From the IMG/VR virus record IMGVR_UViG_3300045988_164134: 62,626 nucleotides of DNA; one strand, 5' to 3'. The notes beneath the pieces were generated by a model. That model saw nothing but the letters and a program-made list of their open reading frames with translations. It made no database searches and was not told where the DNA came from. This DNA comes from a virus. Below are positions 50,554 to 59,992 of this stretch, one piece after another (the first letter of the stretch is position 1; each line of letters begins with the position of its first letter). The translations under genes and the position numbers were made by a program.

Positions 50554-50716
50554 AAAAAAAGCAAATCAAAAATGGCTCAAAGCGAACTACGAGTCTATCA
50601 CGATACGTGTCCCCAAGGGGACTAAAGATAAAATAAAGGCATGGGCAGCCGCCCGCAACATAAGCATGGCGTCTTATATTCAAGAAGCGTGCAAAGAAAA
50701 ATCGGAAAAAAGCTGA
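50540..50716 (+). CDS. Ribbon-helix-helix (Arc/CopG-like) protein
   Basis: SD GAGGAG lies 8 nt before ATG 50540. Contains ITIRVPKGTKDKIKAWAAARNISMASYIQEA. Confidence 0.55.
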   Translation: MLDSRKKANQKWLKANYESITIRVPKGTKDKIKAWAAARNISMASYIQEACKEKSEKS

Positions 50717-50724
50717 AAAAGCCC

Positions 50725-50753
50725 TTGACGCGTTGTACTGTATGTAGTACAAT
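50725..50753 (+). promoter_or_regulatory. Sigma-70-type promoter
   Basis: TTGACG, 17 nt spacer, TACAAT. Confidence 0.5.
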
Positions 50754-50759
50754 AATAAA

Positions 50760-50865
50760 GAGTTAAAACTATCATATTGCCGCAACAAGAACGGCGGCGA
50801 TATGATATAATAATAGTGTGAAAAATTAAAGAACTCCAAAGGCACCTGCAAAAGGGTGTCTTTTT
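50760..50865 (+). ncRNA. Candidate ~100-nt small RNA (promoter + 12-bp hairpin + terminator, no ORF)
   Basis: Hairpin ATCATATTGCCG-N12-CGGCGATATGAT (50771-50806). Terminator GGCACC-TGCAAAA-GGGTGTC-T5 (50841-50865). Confidence 0.3.
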
Positions 50866-50889
50866 GCTATCAAAGAAAGGGACGCATCT

Positions 50890-51228
50890 ATGGTTATTGT
50901 ACAAGTATTGACAGATAGCAGCTTAACACGTGGTATATATGATGATGCATGTGCTATATATGTGTGCAATCGGGCGTCTAACAGTCTGGGGAAAGCGGCT
51001 GTAGACGGTATCGTATATATGCTAAATCACGGCTTGACTACTAACGGCATTAGATACGCACGTGATGGACGGGATATCACACACATGATAGTAAGCAATA
51101 TCAACGCAACAAGCAATCTATTGATAGAGTCAGCAGTAAAAAGTATAGAGCTTGTATGCAAAAAGTATCAATGCAAGTACAAGATACAATACATAGATAA
51201 AGACGACAAAACAAACGTTCTTTTCTGA
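50890..51228 (+). CDS. Hypothetical protein
   Basis: SD AAAGGGA. No motif recognised. Confidence 0.5.
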   Translation: MVIVQVLTDSSLTRGIYDDACAIYVCNRASNSLGKAAVDGIVYMLNHGLTTNGIRYARDGRDITHMIVSNINATSNLLIESAVKSIELVCKKYQCKYKIQYIDKDDKTNVLF

Positions 51229-51328
51229 TTAGAAATAAATCGTAGGTATAATTACATGCGATGACGAAATAAAACGGCTTAAAACGGCAAATATGATGAG
51301 AATAAATGTTCGATAGGTGGTGATACTC

Positions 51329-51766
51329 ATGGGAAGACCGTCAATGGCAGACAAGTGGATAAAAGGCGATGGATTGATAAAAGTCCGTGGATGGGCTAGG
51401 GACGGACTGACCAATGAACAAATCGCACACAATATCGGAATAAATGTCAAAACGCTGTATGATTGGCAAAATAAATATAGTGATTTTTGTAACGCCTTAA
51501 AAGACACGAAAGACATAGTGGATAGGCAGGTCGAAAACGCTTTATATAAGAGCGCATGCGGATTTATAGGCGATGATGGCAAGTATTATCCGCCGAGCAC
51601 GACAGCACAGATATTTTGGCTAAAGAATCGTAAGCGGCTTGAATGGCGTGACAAGATAGAGCAGGAAATAACTGGGGCTGACGGTGGCGCAATCAAGGTG
51701 CAGAGTATGACTGATGAGCAGATAGATAAGCGTATTGCAGAGTTGAAAAGCAAGTTGAAAGAATAA
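51329..51766 (+). CDS. terS: Terminase small subunit
   Basis: SD AGGTGG. The HTH is GWARDGLTNEQIAHNIGINVKTLYDWQNKYSDFCNALK. Lies directly upstream of terL. Confidence 0.75.
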   Translation: MGRPSMADKWIKGDGLIKVRGWARDGLTNEQIAHNIGINVKTLYDWQNKYSDFCNALKDTKDIVDRQVENALYKSACGFIGDDGKYYPPSTTAQIFWLKNRKRLEWRDKIEQEITGADGGAIKVQSMTDEQIDKRIAELKSKLKE

Positions 51767-51804
51767 ATATGCAGTAATGTATCGTAAAATACGGGGCTGA
51801 TAGC

Positions 51805-53325
51805 ATGAAATCAACAAAAACAATGAATAAAACCGAAAAAGAAGAGTTGATAGCGTTGTTGGAGTGGAAATTATGGAAAGAAAATCCAACGGCATGGATA
51901 CAAGATTGCTGCTACACGGTCAATGAAGCGAAGCACGGAGCAGTAGAGAGATTCCCGAAGCTAGACTATCTTGCAAGAGTTGATGAGATTATACAGCATG
52001 CACAAGTAGCGGCATTCCCGAAAAGCCGACGCATGATGATGACCTGGCGGTGTTTGGCGAACCTTTTATACTATGCAATGTTCGGGAAAAACTTATCTAT
52101 ATTTGTGCAGTCAAAGAAGTATGATGATAGCGCGTACCTACTAGGCGATAGCCGATTGTTGTTTTTATACGAGCATTTGCCGAAAAATCATGCATGGCCG
52201 CAAATTGAGCGTAAAACACGGTCTAAAATGGGCTATGATTACGTTAAATTCGACAATGGCGTAGAATTTAGAGCTGTTGCCGAGGGGGCTGACCAGCTGC
52301 GACAATATACAGCATCTATTGTGTATTGTACGGAAATGGCGTTTTGGGATTTTGCACAAGCAACCTGGAACTCATTGCGACCGACGATTGAAGGCGGCGG
52401 GAAGATATTTATTGACTCATCAGCGAATCCAGGCTTTTTCTGTCAGTTAGTTACTGGACAGCTAAACGAAGATGAACCGGAAGAAGAACAGGAGCCACAC
52501 GACCCACTGATAGGTGTACATGAATACAAGCGGAATGGCGTACATGTAGCACGGATACACTATACTGCCGACCCGTCAAAACGCTCGGAAGAATGGAAAG
52601 AACGGGAAAAGAAAGGGACCACAACGGAAGGCTGGGAACGAGAATATGAAATCAACTGGACTGTATCAGCTGATCCGAAATATTACCCGGAATTCAATTA
52701 TAATCTCAATGTAGCGCACGAGCAGCTTAAGCCGATTGAAGGACGACCACTGATATTGGGATTTGACTACGGATTAACGCCGGCAACAGTTGTCGCACAG
52801 ACGACTGCTAAAGGACAATTACTGATACTCAAAGAATTGCAGTCATGGGATTGCGGAATGTTGGCACATGGACGAGTTGTTACTAATGAGCTATCGACGT
52901 TTTACAGCGGCTATGACTACACATGCATTGGCGACCCGGCGGGCAATCAGCGTGCACAATCAGACGAAAGCACGGCTAATCAGATACTCTATAGAGAGTA
53001 TGGATTGTCAGTTGAACCGGGTGAATTATCGCAAACAGGAAGAAGCGAAGCAATCAGGTATTTTTTAACGACGCTCACCCCGGACGGCAAACCACTCTTA
53101 CTACTAGACCCACGGTGTCAAATGCTGATAGAAGCGTTTACCGGTGGGTATCATCGTAAAGTAGTCGGCAGTCGCACACTTGATGAGCCGGATAAAAACG
53201 AATACTCACATCTTATGGACTGCCTGGCATATATATGCGCCAAGTTGTACCGGGAAAAGGATATGAGTGCAAAGATTTGGAAACAGCGTACCGCTGGCAA
53301 AATGCGGAAGTACGCTCATATGTAG
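51805..53325 (+). CDS. terL: Terminase large subunit
   Basis: 506 aa. The C-terminal nuclease-type block is GFDYGLTPATVVAQ...CIGDPAGNQRAQSDE...HLMDCLAY. Position is consistent. Confidence 0.8.
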   Translation: MKSTKTMNKTEKEELIALLEWKLWKENPTAWIQDCCYTVNEAKHGAVERFPKLDYLARVDEIIQHAQVAAFPKSRRMMMTWRCLANLLYYAMFGKNLSIFVQSKKYDDSAYLLGDSRLLFLYEHLPKNHAWPQIERKTRSKMGYDYVKFDNGVEFRAVAEGADQLRQYTASIVYCTEMAFWDFAQATWNSLRPTIEGGGKIFIDSSANPGFFCQLVTGQLNEDEPEEEQEPHDPLIGVHEYKRNGVHVARIHYTADPSKRSEEWKEREKKGTTTEGWEREYEINWTVSADPKYYPEFNYNLNVAHEQLKPIEGRPLILGFDYGLTPATVVAQTTAKGQLLILKELQSWDCGMLAHGRVVTNELSTFYSGYDYTCIGDPAGNQRAQSDESTANQILYREYGLSVEPGELSQTGRSEAIRYFLTTLTPDGKPLLLLDPRCQMLIEAFTGGYHRKVVGSRTLDEPDKNEYSHLMDCLAYICAKLYREKDMSAKIWKQRTAGKMRKYAHM

Positions 53326-53525
53326 ATAATAAGCACATTGGCGGCGTTAGTTACATGAGTTTTTCTCATATTGTATGTAAATTCCGACGCGTTGAGTACA
53401 ACGCCATCGTGCTTACTATACCATTCCGGGTATGTACGAGTGCCCGGAACACCTCCTTTCTAATATATACTTAAAAACTTGGGTAACGGTTCCGTATCGG
53501 ATGCGGTTTTACGTGCCCGGTTCAT

Positions 53526-53600
53526 GGCGAGTTAATTTAACGGTCAAAATGCACGACTTATAATCGTGTCTTGCCGGTTCGAATCCAGCACTTGCCACCA
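53526..53600 (+). tRNA. tRNA with anticodon UAU (reads AUA, Ile), CCA encoded
   Basis: Hand-folded cloverleaf. Acceptor GGCGAGT/ACTTGCC (one G-U pair), D stem ATTT/AAAT, anticodon stem CACGA/TCGTG, anticodon loop CT-TAT-AA, T arm GCCGG-TTCGAAT-CCAGC (one C-A mismatch), discriminator A, CCA. Confidence 0.8.
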
Positions 53601-53604
53601 CATA

Positions 53605-53634
53605 GACGTACCAATAAAACGGTCGTCTTTTTTT
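53605..53634 (+). terminator. Terminator after the tRNA
   Basis: GACGTACC-AATAAAAC-GGTCGTC followed by T7. Confidence 0.55.
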
Positions 53635-53658
53635 ATTTTACGAAAAATAGAGGATGCT

Positions 53659-55821
53659 ATGGACGATAACATGACGAGTAGTCTTGCACAACAAGCCGGC
53701 TTATTTGGCAGAGCGGAACCGCAGATTGATATATCCAATTGGCTGATGCAGCAGGCAGAGCCGGAAGAAGAGCCGGTATCACTCGATAATCTCAAGCAAG
53801 ATGAGATTGATAAGATTATGACAGCGGTCAAGAACGGTCGTGAGATAGCCAAAACATACTACGAAGGTACCGTGGAACCGGAATTAATAGAGCGCCAAAA
53901 GCTACGCAGAGCAGATAAATTGCTATACAAGAAGAAATTCCCGAATCTTACGGAATATAGTAAATTCGTATCCATGGATTTCAATAATACGGTCGAGTGG
54001 ATAAAGCCGTCGCTTGTAGAGGTTTTTATCGGTACAGAATCGCCGGTAACGATTGCCGGTGCGAATATACAGAACGATGATACAGCGACTAAGATGCAGC
54101 AGCTTGTAGAGTATCAGCTCACACGGAAAAATAGCTATACATCTATGGTGCATGACGTGATAGATGATGCATTAAGCGTCAATATCGGCGTGTGCAAGGC
54201 ATGGTGGAAACGTGAAGAAAAGCGTGATAGATACAAGATGATGTTTGACGTGGCGGATATGCAAACAGCTATGATGCTTACTCAAGCGTCAATGAGCGGC
54301 GAGATAGAAATACAGTCTATTAAGCCGCTAAAGGATGCGACGGATTTATACGAAGTGCAGTTTGATAGAGTGCAAGTCACAGCTAATTATCCGGTAGTTG
54401 AGTATGTGCCGCCGTCTGAGTTGAGATATACACCGGAAGGGAGCAGTTTACAAGAATGCAAGTTCGTTGCTCATCGCAAGATTGTAAAAGGCGATTATCT
54501 CAAGCGTAAAGAGCAGGAAGGAATATATCAGAATGTCGATGAAGCGTTGGAGCATACAGGCGATGCTAATTACACTGATGACGATGTATATCACAACGAA
54601 ACGCTGAATAAAGGAAAGATGAAGACGGATGACGGCGACGACGCAAGTAAAGACATAGAGCTGTATGAATGCTATGTAGATGTCGATTACAACAACGACG
54701 GCATATACGAGCATTTGATTGTGCATTGCGTTGGCGATACGGCATTATCGATACAGACTAATGAGTTTAATATCGCACCGTTCTTCTCAATTCCAGGTAT
54801 TCGTGACAGCCGAAAGATATTCTCTGATAGGTCACTGGCAGAAGAAATAGAAGGGCTACAAGATATAAAGACAGCTCTTGTAAAGCAGCTGATTATAAAT
54901 GTGGCTAAAACCAACGACCAGCAGAAGTTTATCGACTACGAAAAAATTGCGGATGCAGACGCAATGTTATCCGGCGATGAATACGTAGCATGTAAGGGCG
55001 ACCCAAACGCAGCTATATTCATACCGCCGCAGGCACCGGTATCGCCACTCACTATGGATTTAATCAACTATGCTGAAACAGAAATCCAAAATCGCAGCGG
55101 CTCGACAAAGTATAATCAAGGGCTTGATGCGGACTCGTTAAACAAGACGGCAACGGGGATTACAGCAATCATGGGGGCTGCGGATAAGCGTATTAAGCTA
55201 ATGGCGCGGCTCATAGCGGAAAACTGGACGATACCAATGGTCCGCTTTATTATCCTGCTCAATAAAAAATACGGCGAACCAATACAGACGTTTAGATATA
55301 AAGGCACAGAGGTATCAATCAATAACAATGACCTTGACATAGACTATGACTTTGTTATCAACGTCGGCAATGGAGCAGGCACGAAAGAAGCACGTATTCA
55401 GTCTTATATGCTGCTGTTGTCTAATGTATACCCGATATTAGCACAGGTTGGAGTAGCAACTCCCAAATCATATTATGCAGCAGGTACCGCTTTACTGGAA
55501 GAAATGGGATTGAAGAATACACAGGAAATCCTGCTTGACCCGGATAGCAAAGAAGCCAAGGCACAACAGGCACAACAGGCACAACAGGCACAACAGGCAC
55601 AACAACAGGCAATGGCTGTACAGCAAGCAGCACAGCAGGCACAAATGGCACTTAAACAGGCTGATATACAAGGCAAGATAGCTGTTAAAGCAACTCCGTC
55701 TATTAGTGCTGATATTAAAGACTTGCCGGTTGACGCACAGACTGAAATTATCAATAAGGCTACGGCAGGGAATACTAAGCAACAGGATGTAGCTATGAAA
55801 GAGGTATTAAACCATGCATGA
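53659..55821 (+). CDS. Portal protein
   Basis: SD AGAGGA precedes ATG 53659; the ORF-track start at 53566 lies inside the tRNA. 720 aa, immediately after the terminase. The C-terminus has an (AQQ)n repeat. Confidence 0.8.
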   Translation: MDDNMTSSLAQQAGLFGRAEPQIDISNWLMQQAEPEEEPVSLDNLKQDEIDKIMTAVKNGREIAKTYYEGTVEPELIERQKLRRADKLLYKKKFPNLTEYSKFVSMDFNNTVEWIKPSLVEVFIGTESPVTIAGANIQNDDTATKMQQLVEYQLTRKNSYTSMVHDVIDDALSVNIGVCKAWWKREEKRDRYKMMFDVADMQTAMMLTQASMSGEIEIQSIKPLKDATDLYEVQFDRVQVTANYPVVEYVPPSELRYTPEGSSLQECKFVAHRKIVKGDYLKRKEQEGIYQNVDEALEHTGDANYTDDDVYHNETLNKGKMKTDDGDDASKDIELYECYVDVDYNNDGIYEHLIVHCVGDTALSIQTNEFNIAPFFSIPGIRDSRKIFSDRSLAEEIEGLQDIKTALVKQLIINVAKTNDQQKFIDYEKIADADAMLSGDEYVACKGDPNAAIFIPPQAPVSPLTMDLINYAETEIQNRSGSTKYNQGLDADSLNKTATGITAIMGAADKRIKLMARLIAENWTIPMVRFIILLNKKYGEPIQTFRYKGTEVSINNNDLDIDYDFVINVGNGAGTKEARIQSYMLLLSNVYPILAQVGVATPKSYYAAGTALLEEMGLKNTQEILLDPDSKEAKAQQAQQAQQAQQAQQQAMAVQQAAQQAQMALKQADIQGKIAVKATPSISADIKDLPVDAQTEIINKATAGNTKQQDVAMKEVLNHA

Positions 55822-56119
55822 GATAGAGCGATTAAGAGAAGAATACGAAAAAGACAGCAAGAATCAGAAGAAAAGGCAGCGGTATTTAGCAGCTATTATC
55901 AGCCGTGGTGATAGAGCTAAAGATCTGCTGTTTTTTATGTCCGAATTATTGCGTAGTGAAGAAAGAAGTACACTGAAAAAAATGCTTGATAATGATGATG
56001 CATACAAAGCACAGCTAGATTATCAAGCCACAGTAAAGCTATACAACTACATCAACACTATTGTAAACATAGCAAGTATGAAAAAGAAGAAAGCAGAAGG
56101 GAGTAACACGGATGAGTGA
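55814..56119 (+). CDS. Hypothetical head-module protein
   Basis: Overlaps the portal stop. SD AAGAGGT. Confidence 0.5.
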   Translation: MHEIERLREEYEKDSKNQKKRQRYLAAIISRGDRAKDLLFFMSELLRSEERSTLKKMLDNDDAYKAQLDYQATVKLYNYINTIVNIASMKKKKAEGSNTDE

Positions 56120-57269
56120 TTTTAAACTTGATTTACAGCTATTTGCTGATAGCGAACCTGGCTCGACCGCCACCGAAATGACGGCGGCACCAACAGATAC
56201 AACACCGACTACTACGCAGGAACCGACAACAACGACGGAACCGGCAAGCGAGCCGACACATACAGAACCTGCTAATGAGCCAAAAGACGGCGATATAATG
56301 CTTGTCACTGACCCAAGAACAGGGCGTAAAACGATTGTCACTAAAGAGCCCGAGGAACCACAGCGGGAAGAGCCACCTGCTACACAGCCTACAGCACAGC
56401 AGCCGGAAGGGCAACAGGAACCCCCGCAGGAAGAACCACCAAAACCACAGGAACCTCTTATTCAGACTGGTGCATATACGCTTGATGAATTGAATGACGC
56501 TATTCGGCAGAACACGGTAAACGAAAGCCGTATTCCTGACGAATATAAATTCCAGTATCAGCAGTATAGACAGCAGCAAACACAGCGGCAGGCACAATAT
56601 CGAGCACAGCAGCAACAGATGCAGGAACAAGCACAAAAAACGGCGATTGAACAGCAGCGGAAACTGTATGCAGATATTGATGAAGCAGCAAAGAAAAAGG
56701 CCATGCAGGATTTAGGTATTACAGCTGATGACCTGAGTTTGTCTGAATATTCCGATGATGAGGAAACTAAGAAAAAAGTACAGGAATATACAACCGCTGT
56801 TGCGTGGAATAGACAGACGCTTATTAATGCGATGCAGCAACAGCAGATGCAGAAGCAGATGCAGCAAAGCCAGCAGCAGGCTATTTATAAGAGCATTACA
56901 GACTTTGCAGCAGACAAGCAGCTGAATGAACCACATTTCGCTGAAATTAATCAGCTATTGAGCATCCATTATCAAGAATTGCCGTACAAAGAAGCGGCAA
57001 CTATTGCAAGTGCTATCAATGCATTAAACCAAGGTAACATCACTGAGCAGCAATGCAAAGTGTTGGAACAATATTATAACGACACACGCACTTATTTTTA
57101 TGGAAAGCAAAACGACTTGACGAAACAGCCAAAGAAAATTCCAGTCCCGAATGTAGAAAAGCCAGGTATGGGGGCACAGACTAAACCGAAAGCCGTTGAC
57201 TTTACCAAGATGCGGGGTATGGGCGACCGTGAACGCAGAGCGTTTATGAGTCGCTATTTTAGTAATTAG
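56112..57269 (+). CDS. Scaffolding protein
   Basis: N-terminal DLQLFA motif, a P/T/E/Q-rich region, then a Q-rich helical body. Position between portal and capsid. Confidence 0.65.
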   Translation: MSDFKLDLQLFADSEPGSTATEMTAAPTDTTPTTTQEPTTTTEPASEPTHTEPANEPKDGDIMLVTDPRTGRKTIVTKEPEEPQREEPPATQPTAQQPEGQQEPPQEEPPKPQEPLIQTGAYTLDELNDAIRQNTVNESRIPDEYKFQYQQYRQQQTQRQAQYRAQQQQMQEQAQKTAIEQQRKLYADIDEAAKKKAMQDLGITADDLSLSEYSDDEETKKKVQEYTTAVAWNRQTLINAMQQQQMQKQMQQSQQQAIYKSITDFAADKQLNEPHFAEINQLLSIHYQELPYKEAATIASAINALNQGNITEQQCKVLEQYYNDTRTYFYGKQNDLTKQPKKIPVPNVEKPGMGAQTKPKAVDFTKMRGMGDRERRAFMSRYFSN

Positions 57270-57288
57270 CACAAAGGAGATTTAATAC

Positions 57289-58491
57289 ATGGCAGATGTA
57301 ACACGTAATCTTGGCCCGTCCAAGAATCAATCTTATACTTATGACGCTGTCGGGCATGCAGAAGATATTAGCCCGATTCTTACGAATATCGACCCGGAAG
57401 AAACGCTTTTCTATTCTAAATTCGGCAATACCAAACCAGCTACAGAGTTACATTTTTCTTGGATGACAAAAGGATTATCGCCAGCACAGGATAACGCATA
57501 TAAAGAAATGGAAACCTACACGTTTAAGCCGTCCGGTTCCATTCAAGGCATGTCTAACAATATCCAGTTCTTTAAAAAGAGCGGTATGATTACAGACGCA
57601 CAGCAGAAAGTAGCTAAGGTGTATAAAAACGAACACGGTAGTGAAATTGCTGATATGAAATATGATGCTTATGTAGGTTTGGCCAAAGATATTGAATACA
57701 TGCTTGTCAACAGCGAAAAGAAAGTAGATGGCAGTTCTACAGTAGCACCTCGTAGCGGCGGCGTACCGTTTTTTATGAAACGAGATTTAATTGATGTAAC
57801 AGTGAGTGGCACAGACGGTACAGTTACAACAACCACAGAATCAAACCTGAAAACTGGCGATATTGCATATTTCATTGCTGATACCATCCCCACAGGCATG
57901 AAAGAAGGTCTATATTACTATGTACGCGTGGATGATAGCAATACGAAGAAACTCACATTGTTTGATACACAGAAAGGCGCAGTTGAAAACATTGCGTCTT
58001 TACAGGTTAAAGCTACTACGGCAGGCACTAATGTAAAATTAGTTACTAACAATGTTGTATCGCTGGCTGGTAAAAATACCTTTACACTGGACGACATTAA
58101 CACTGTTATGGAAATGGCGTTCAAACGTGGCGGGAAACCAACGGAAGCATACATGTCTAGCGGTAAATTCAAAGAATTTAGCAAAATGGTACTGGCAACC
58201 ATGACAGCCACACGCAAAGGCACGGATAAAAACGCTAAAGTGTACGAAGTGGCTACATCGTACCAAGGTGCTTTTGGCTTAGTAAATGCGAATATCCATC
58301 GTTTGTATCCCGATACTCGTGTAGATATTCTTGATTTGCAGTACTGGGATATGCGGTATTTCACTAAACCGCATGAAGTAACTGGCTTGGATAAAGACGG
58401 TTCGTATCAGAAATTCATGCTCGAAGCAGAACTTGGCTTGCAGGGTACACAGCCTAAAGCTTCTTGTTCCATTGTAGATATTAAACGGTAG
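57289..58491 (+). CDS. Major capsid protein (DUF5309/SU10-type, HK97 fold inferred)
   Basis: SD AAAGGAG, 400 aa. The N-terminal segment is GHAEDISPILTNIDPEETLFYSKFGNTKPATELHFSWMTKGL. Followed by a strong terminator. Confidence 0.7.
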   Translation: MADVTRNLGPSKNQSYTYDAVGHAEDISPILTNIDPEETLFYSKFGNTKPATELHFSWMTKGLSPAQDNAYKEMETYTFKPSGSIQGMSNNIQFFKKSGMITDAQQKVAKVYKNEHGSEIADMKYDAYVGLAKDIEYMLVNSEKKVDGSSTVAPRSGGVPFFMKRDLIDVTVSGTDGTVTTTTESNLKTGDIAYFIADTIPTGMKEGLYYYVRVDDSNTKKLTLFDTQKGAVENIASLQVKATTAGTNVKLVTNNVVSLAGKNTFTLDDINTVMEMAFKRGGKPTEAYMSSGKFKEFSKMVLATMTATRKGTDKNAKVYEVATSYQGAFGLVNANIHRLYPDTRVDILDLQYWDMRYFTKPHEVTGLDKDGSYQKFMLEAELGLQGTQPKASCSIVDIKR

Positions 58492-58502
58492 CAATTTTTA
58501 TG

Positions 58503-58531
58503 AGAGGGGTACCGTAGGGGATCCCTCTTTT
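58503..58531 (+). terminator. Terminator after the capsid gene
   Basis: AGAGGG-N14-CCCTCT followed by TTT. Confidence 0.55.
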
Positions 58532-58550
58532 CTGTTAAGGAAGTGATGCG

Positions 58551-58886
58551 ATGATTACTCAACAGAAACTATATCAAGACGGCGATAAGATATGCCTTAG
58601 AAATACTATTAACGTAAAGCCGTACATTGATGCGGCACGGCAGGTCAATGAAATAGATAACGGCGGCTGGTTTGGCGATAAGAACGAACGAATGCAGCTG
58701 ATGGGCTATATACCTCCTGAATTATGGACAGTTGACCCATGGCTTATCAGTGCAAGAAATGCACAGCGTGAGGGCGATATGCTTCATTATCAGCATTATA
58801 TAAAGAAATTCTTTGATGTATGGACGCAGTTTAAAGTCAATCACAAGCGCGCCACATGGAATGGATATTCGGCGGTGTTGCTATGA
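58551..58886 (+). CDS. Hypothetical head/connector protein
   Basis: SD AAGGAAG. Confidence 0.5.
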   Translation: MITQQKLYQDGDKICLRNTINVKPYIDAARQVNEIDNGGWFGDKNERMQLMGYIPPELWTVDPWLISARNAQREGDMLHYQHYIKKFFDVWTQFKVNHKRATWNGYSAVLL

Positions 58887-59506
58887 TACAAGTCAAAGAA
58901 TTAATCAATCTTATACGCTACAAGCTTAAAGACAACAACGCCATTACATACAGTGACTACGATATTATGCAAGGCATTAACGAATGTATTCGGTACATTA
59001 ACCAGTACTATTTGAATACTGATTTCCTCGAAAAGATTAAGCACTATAGACAGGATGATATAAATGCTGCTATTGATGAAGCTAATAAGACGAACGATAC
59101 CGCCGTAGAGCATGTGCATTTTAGAGATACAGGCGTAGACCTTCCCGACGATTTCATTTCACTAGTGCGTATAGTACGGCAGTGGGACGGTGAGGATTTA
59201 GCCCCATGCCCTGCTATTAAACCGCCTAGATTTGATGAATATAAAGTACTGGGCAATAAGATATACGCAGGCGTAAAAGACTTTGACATGCTTTATGTAG
59301 CAGCCATAGCAAGCGTTACGGATGCGGACGGCAGTATAGAGCTGCCAGTTACATTCAAGGATGCTCTTGTTAAAATCACAAACATGATATTGGCCAACAA
59401 TCCCGATACAGATACTATGAGCAGTGCTGTACAGGATATATTATCGTCTATCGTACCGTTGCGCCGATACAGCAACGCCAAAAAGCGCATGCCGTTTATT
59501 TGTTAA
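58883..59506 (+). CDS. Hypothetical head-tail connector protein
   Basis: ATGA coupling at 58883. Confidence 0.5.
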   Translation: MIQVKELINLIRYKLKDNNAITYSDYDIMQGINECIRYINQYYLNTDFLEKIKHYRQDDINAAIDEANKTNDTAVEHVHFRDTGVDLPDDFISLVRIVRQWDGEDLAPCPAIKPPRFDEYKVLGNKIYAGVKDFDMLYVAAIASVTDADGSIELPVTFKDALVKITNMILANNPDTDTMSSAVQDILSSIVPLRRYSNAKKRMPFIC

Positions 59507-59520
59507 GGTGGTGATCCCCC

Positions 59521-59988
59521 ATGAAAGCAGAAAAAGCAATCGCAAGAATCAAGCAAGAAACTCATGATATTAGCGATGAGTACTCAACAGAGCGATGCAT
59601 ACAGTTTTTAAATACGGCTATTCAGCAGGTATCTTCATTACTAATAGCGGCTAAATATCCCGTATTGGTAAAGGAAATGACGATGCGAAACGGCGATAGC
59701 ATACCAAAAAACTACATGAATTTATGCGGCACGTATCCTGTCAAGATGACAGATGGCAAAGCTATTATTACAGATGATGCCTATAAATCAATTACCATTC
59801 GTTACTTTGCTACGCCTGACTTGATAGAGTACGAAACGGACGATATGCCGTACACTCATGACGCAATTAATGATATTATCGTGAAAACAGCGGTATTACT
59901 AGCACTTAACGAAAACGAATACGATATTACGCAGGACAGTAATATAGTGGAAGCCTTGAAACAGGCCGTATCTTCAGGAATGAGCTGA
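59521..59988 (+). CDS. Hypothetical head-tail connector protein
   Basis: SD AAGGTGGTGA. Confidence 0.5.
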   Translation: MKAEKAIARIKQETHDISDEYSTERCIQFLNTAIQQVSSLLIAAKYPVLVKEMTMRNGDSIPKNYMNLCGTYPVKMTDGKAIITDDAYKSITIRYFATPDLIEYETDDMPYTHDAINDIIVKTAVLLALNENEYDITQDSNIVEALKQAVSSGMS

Positions 59989-59992
59989 TAGT

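Noticed and set aside
53566-53658. N-terminal 31 codons of the ORF-track portal ORF (GTG start).
   Set aside because: This stretch is occupied by the 3' half of the tRNA and its terminator. ATG 53659 has an SD.
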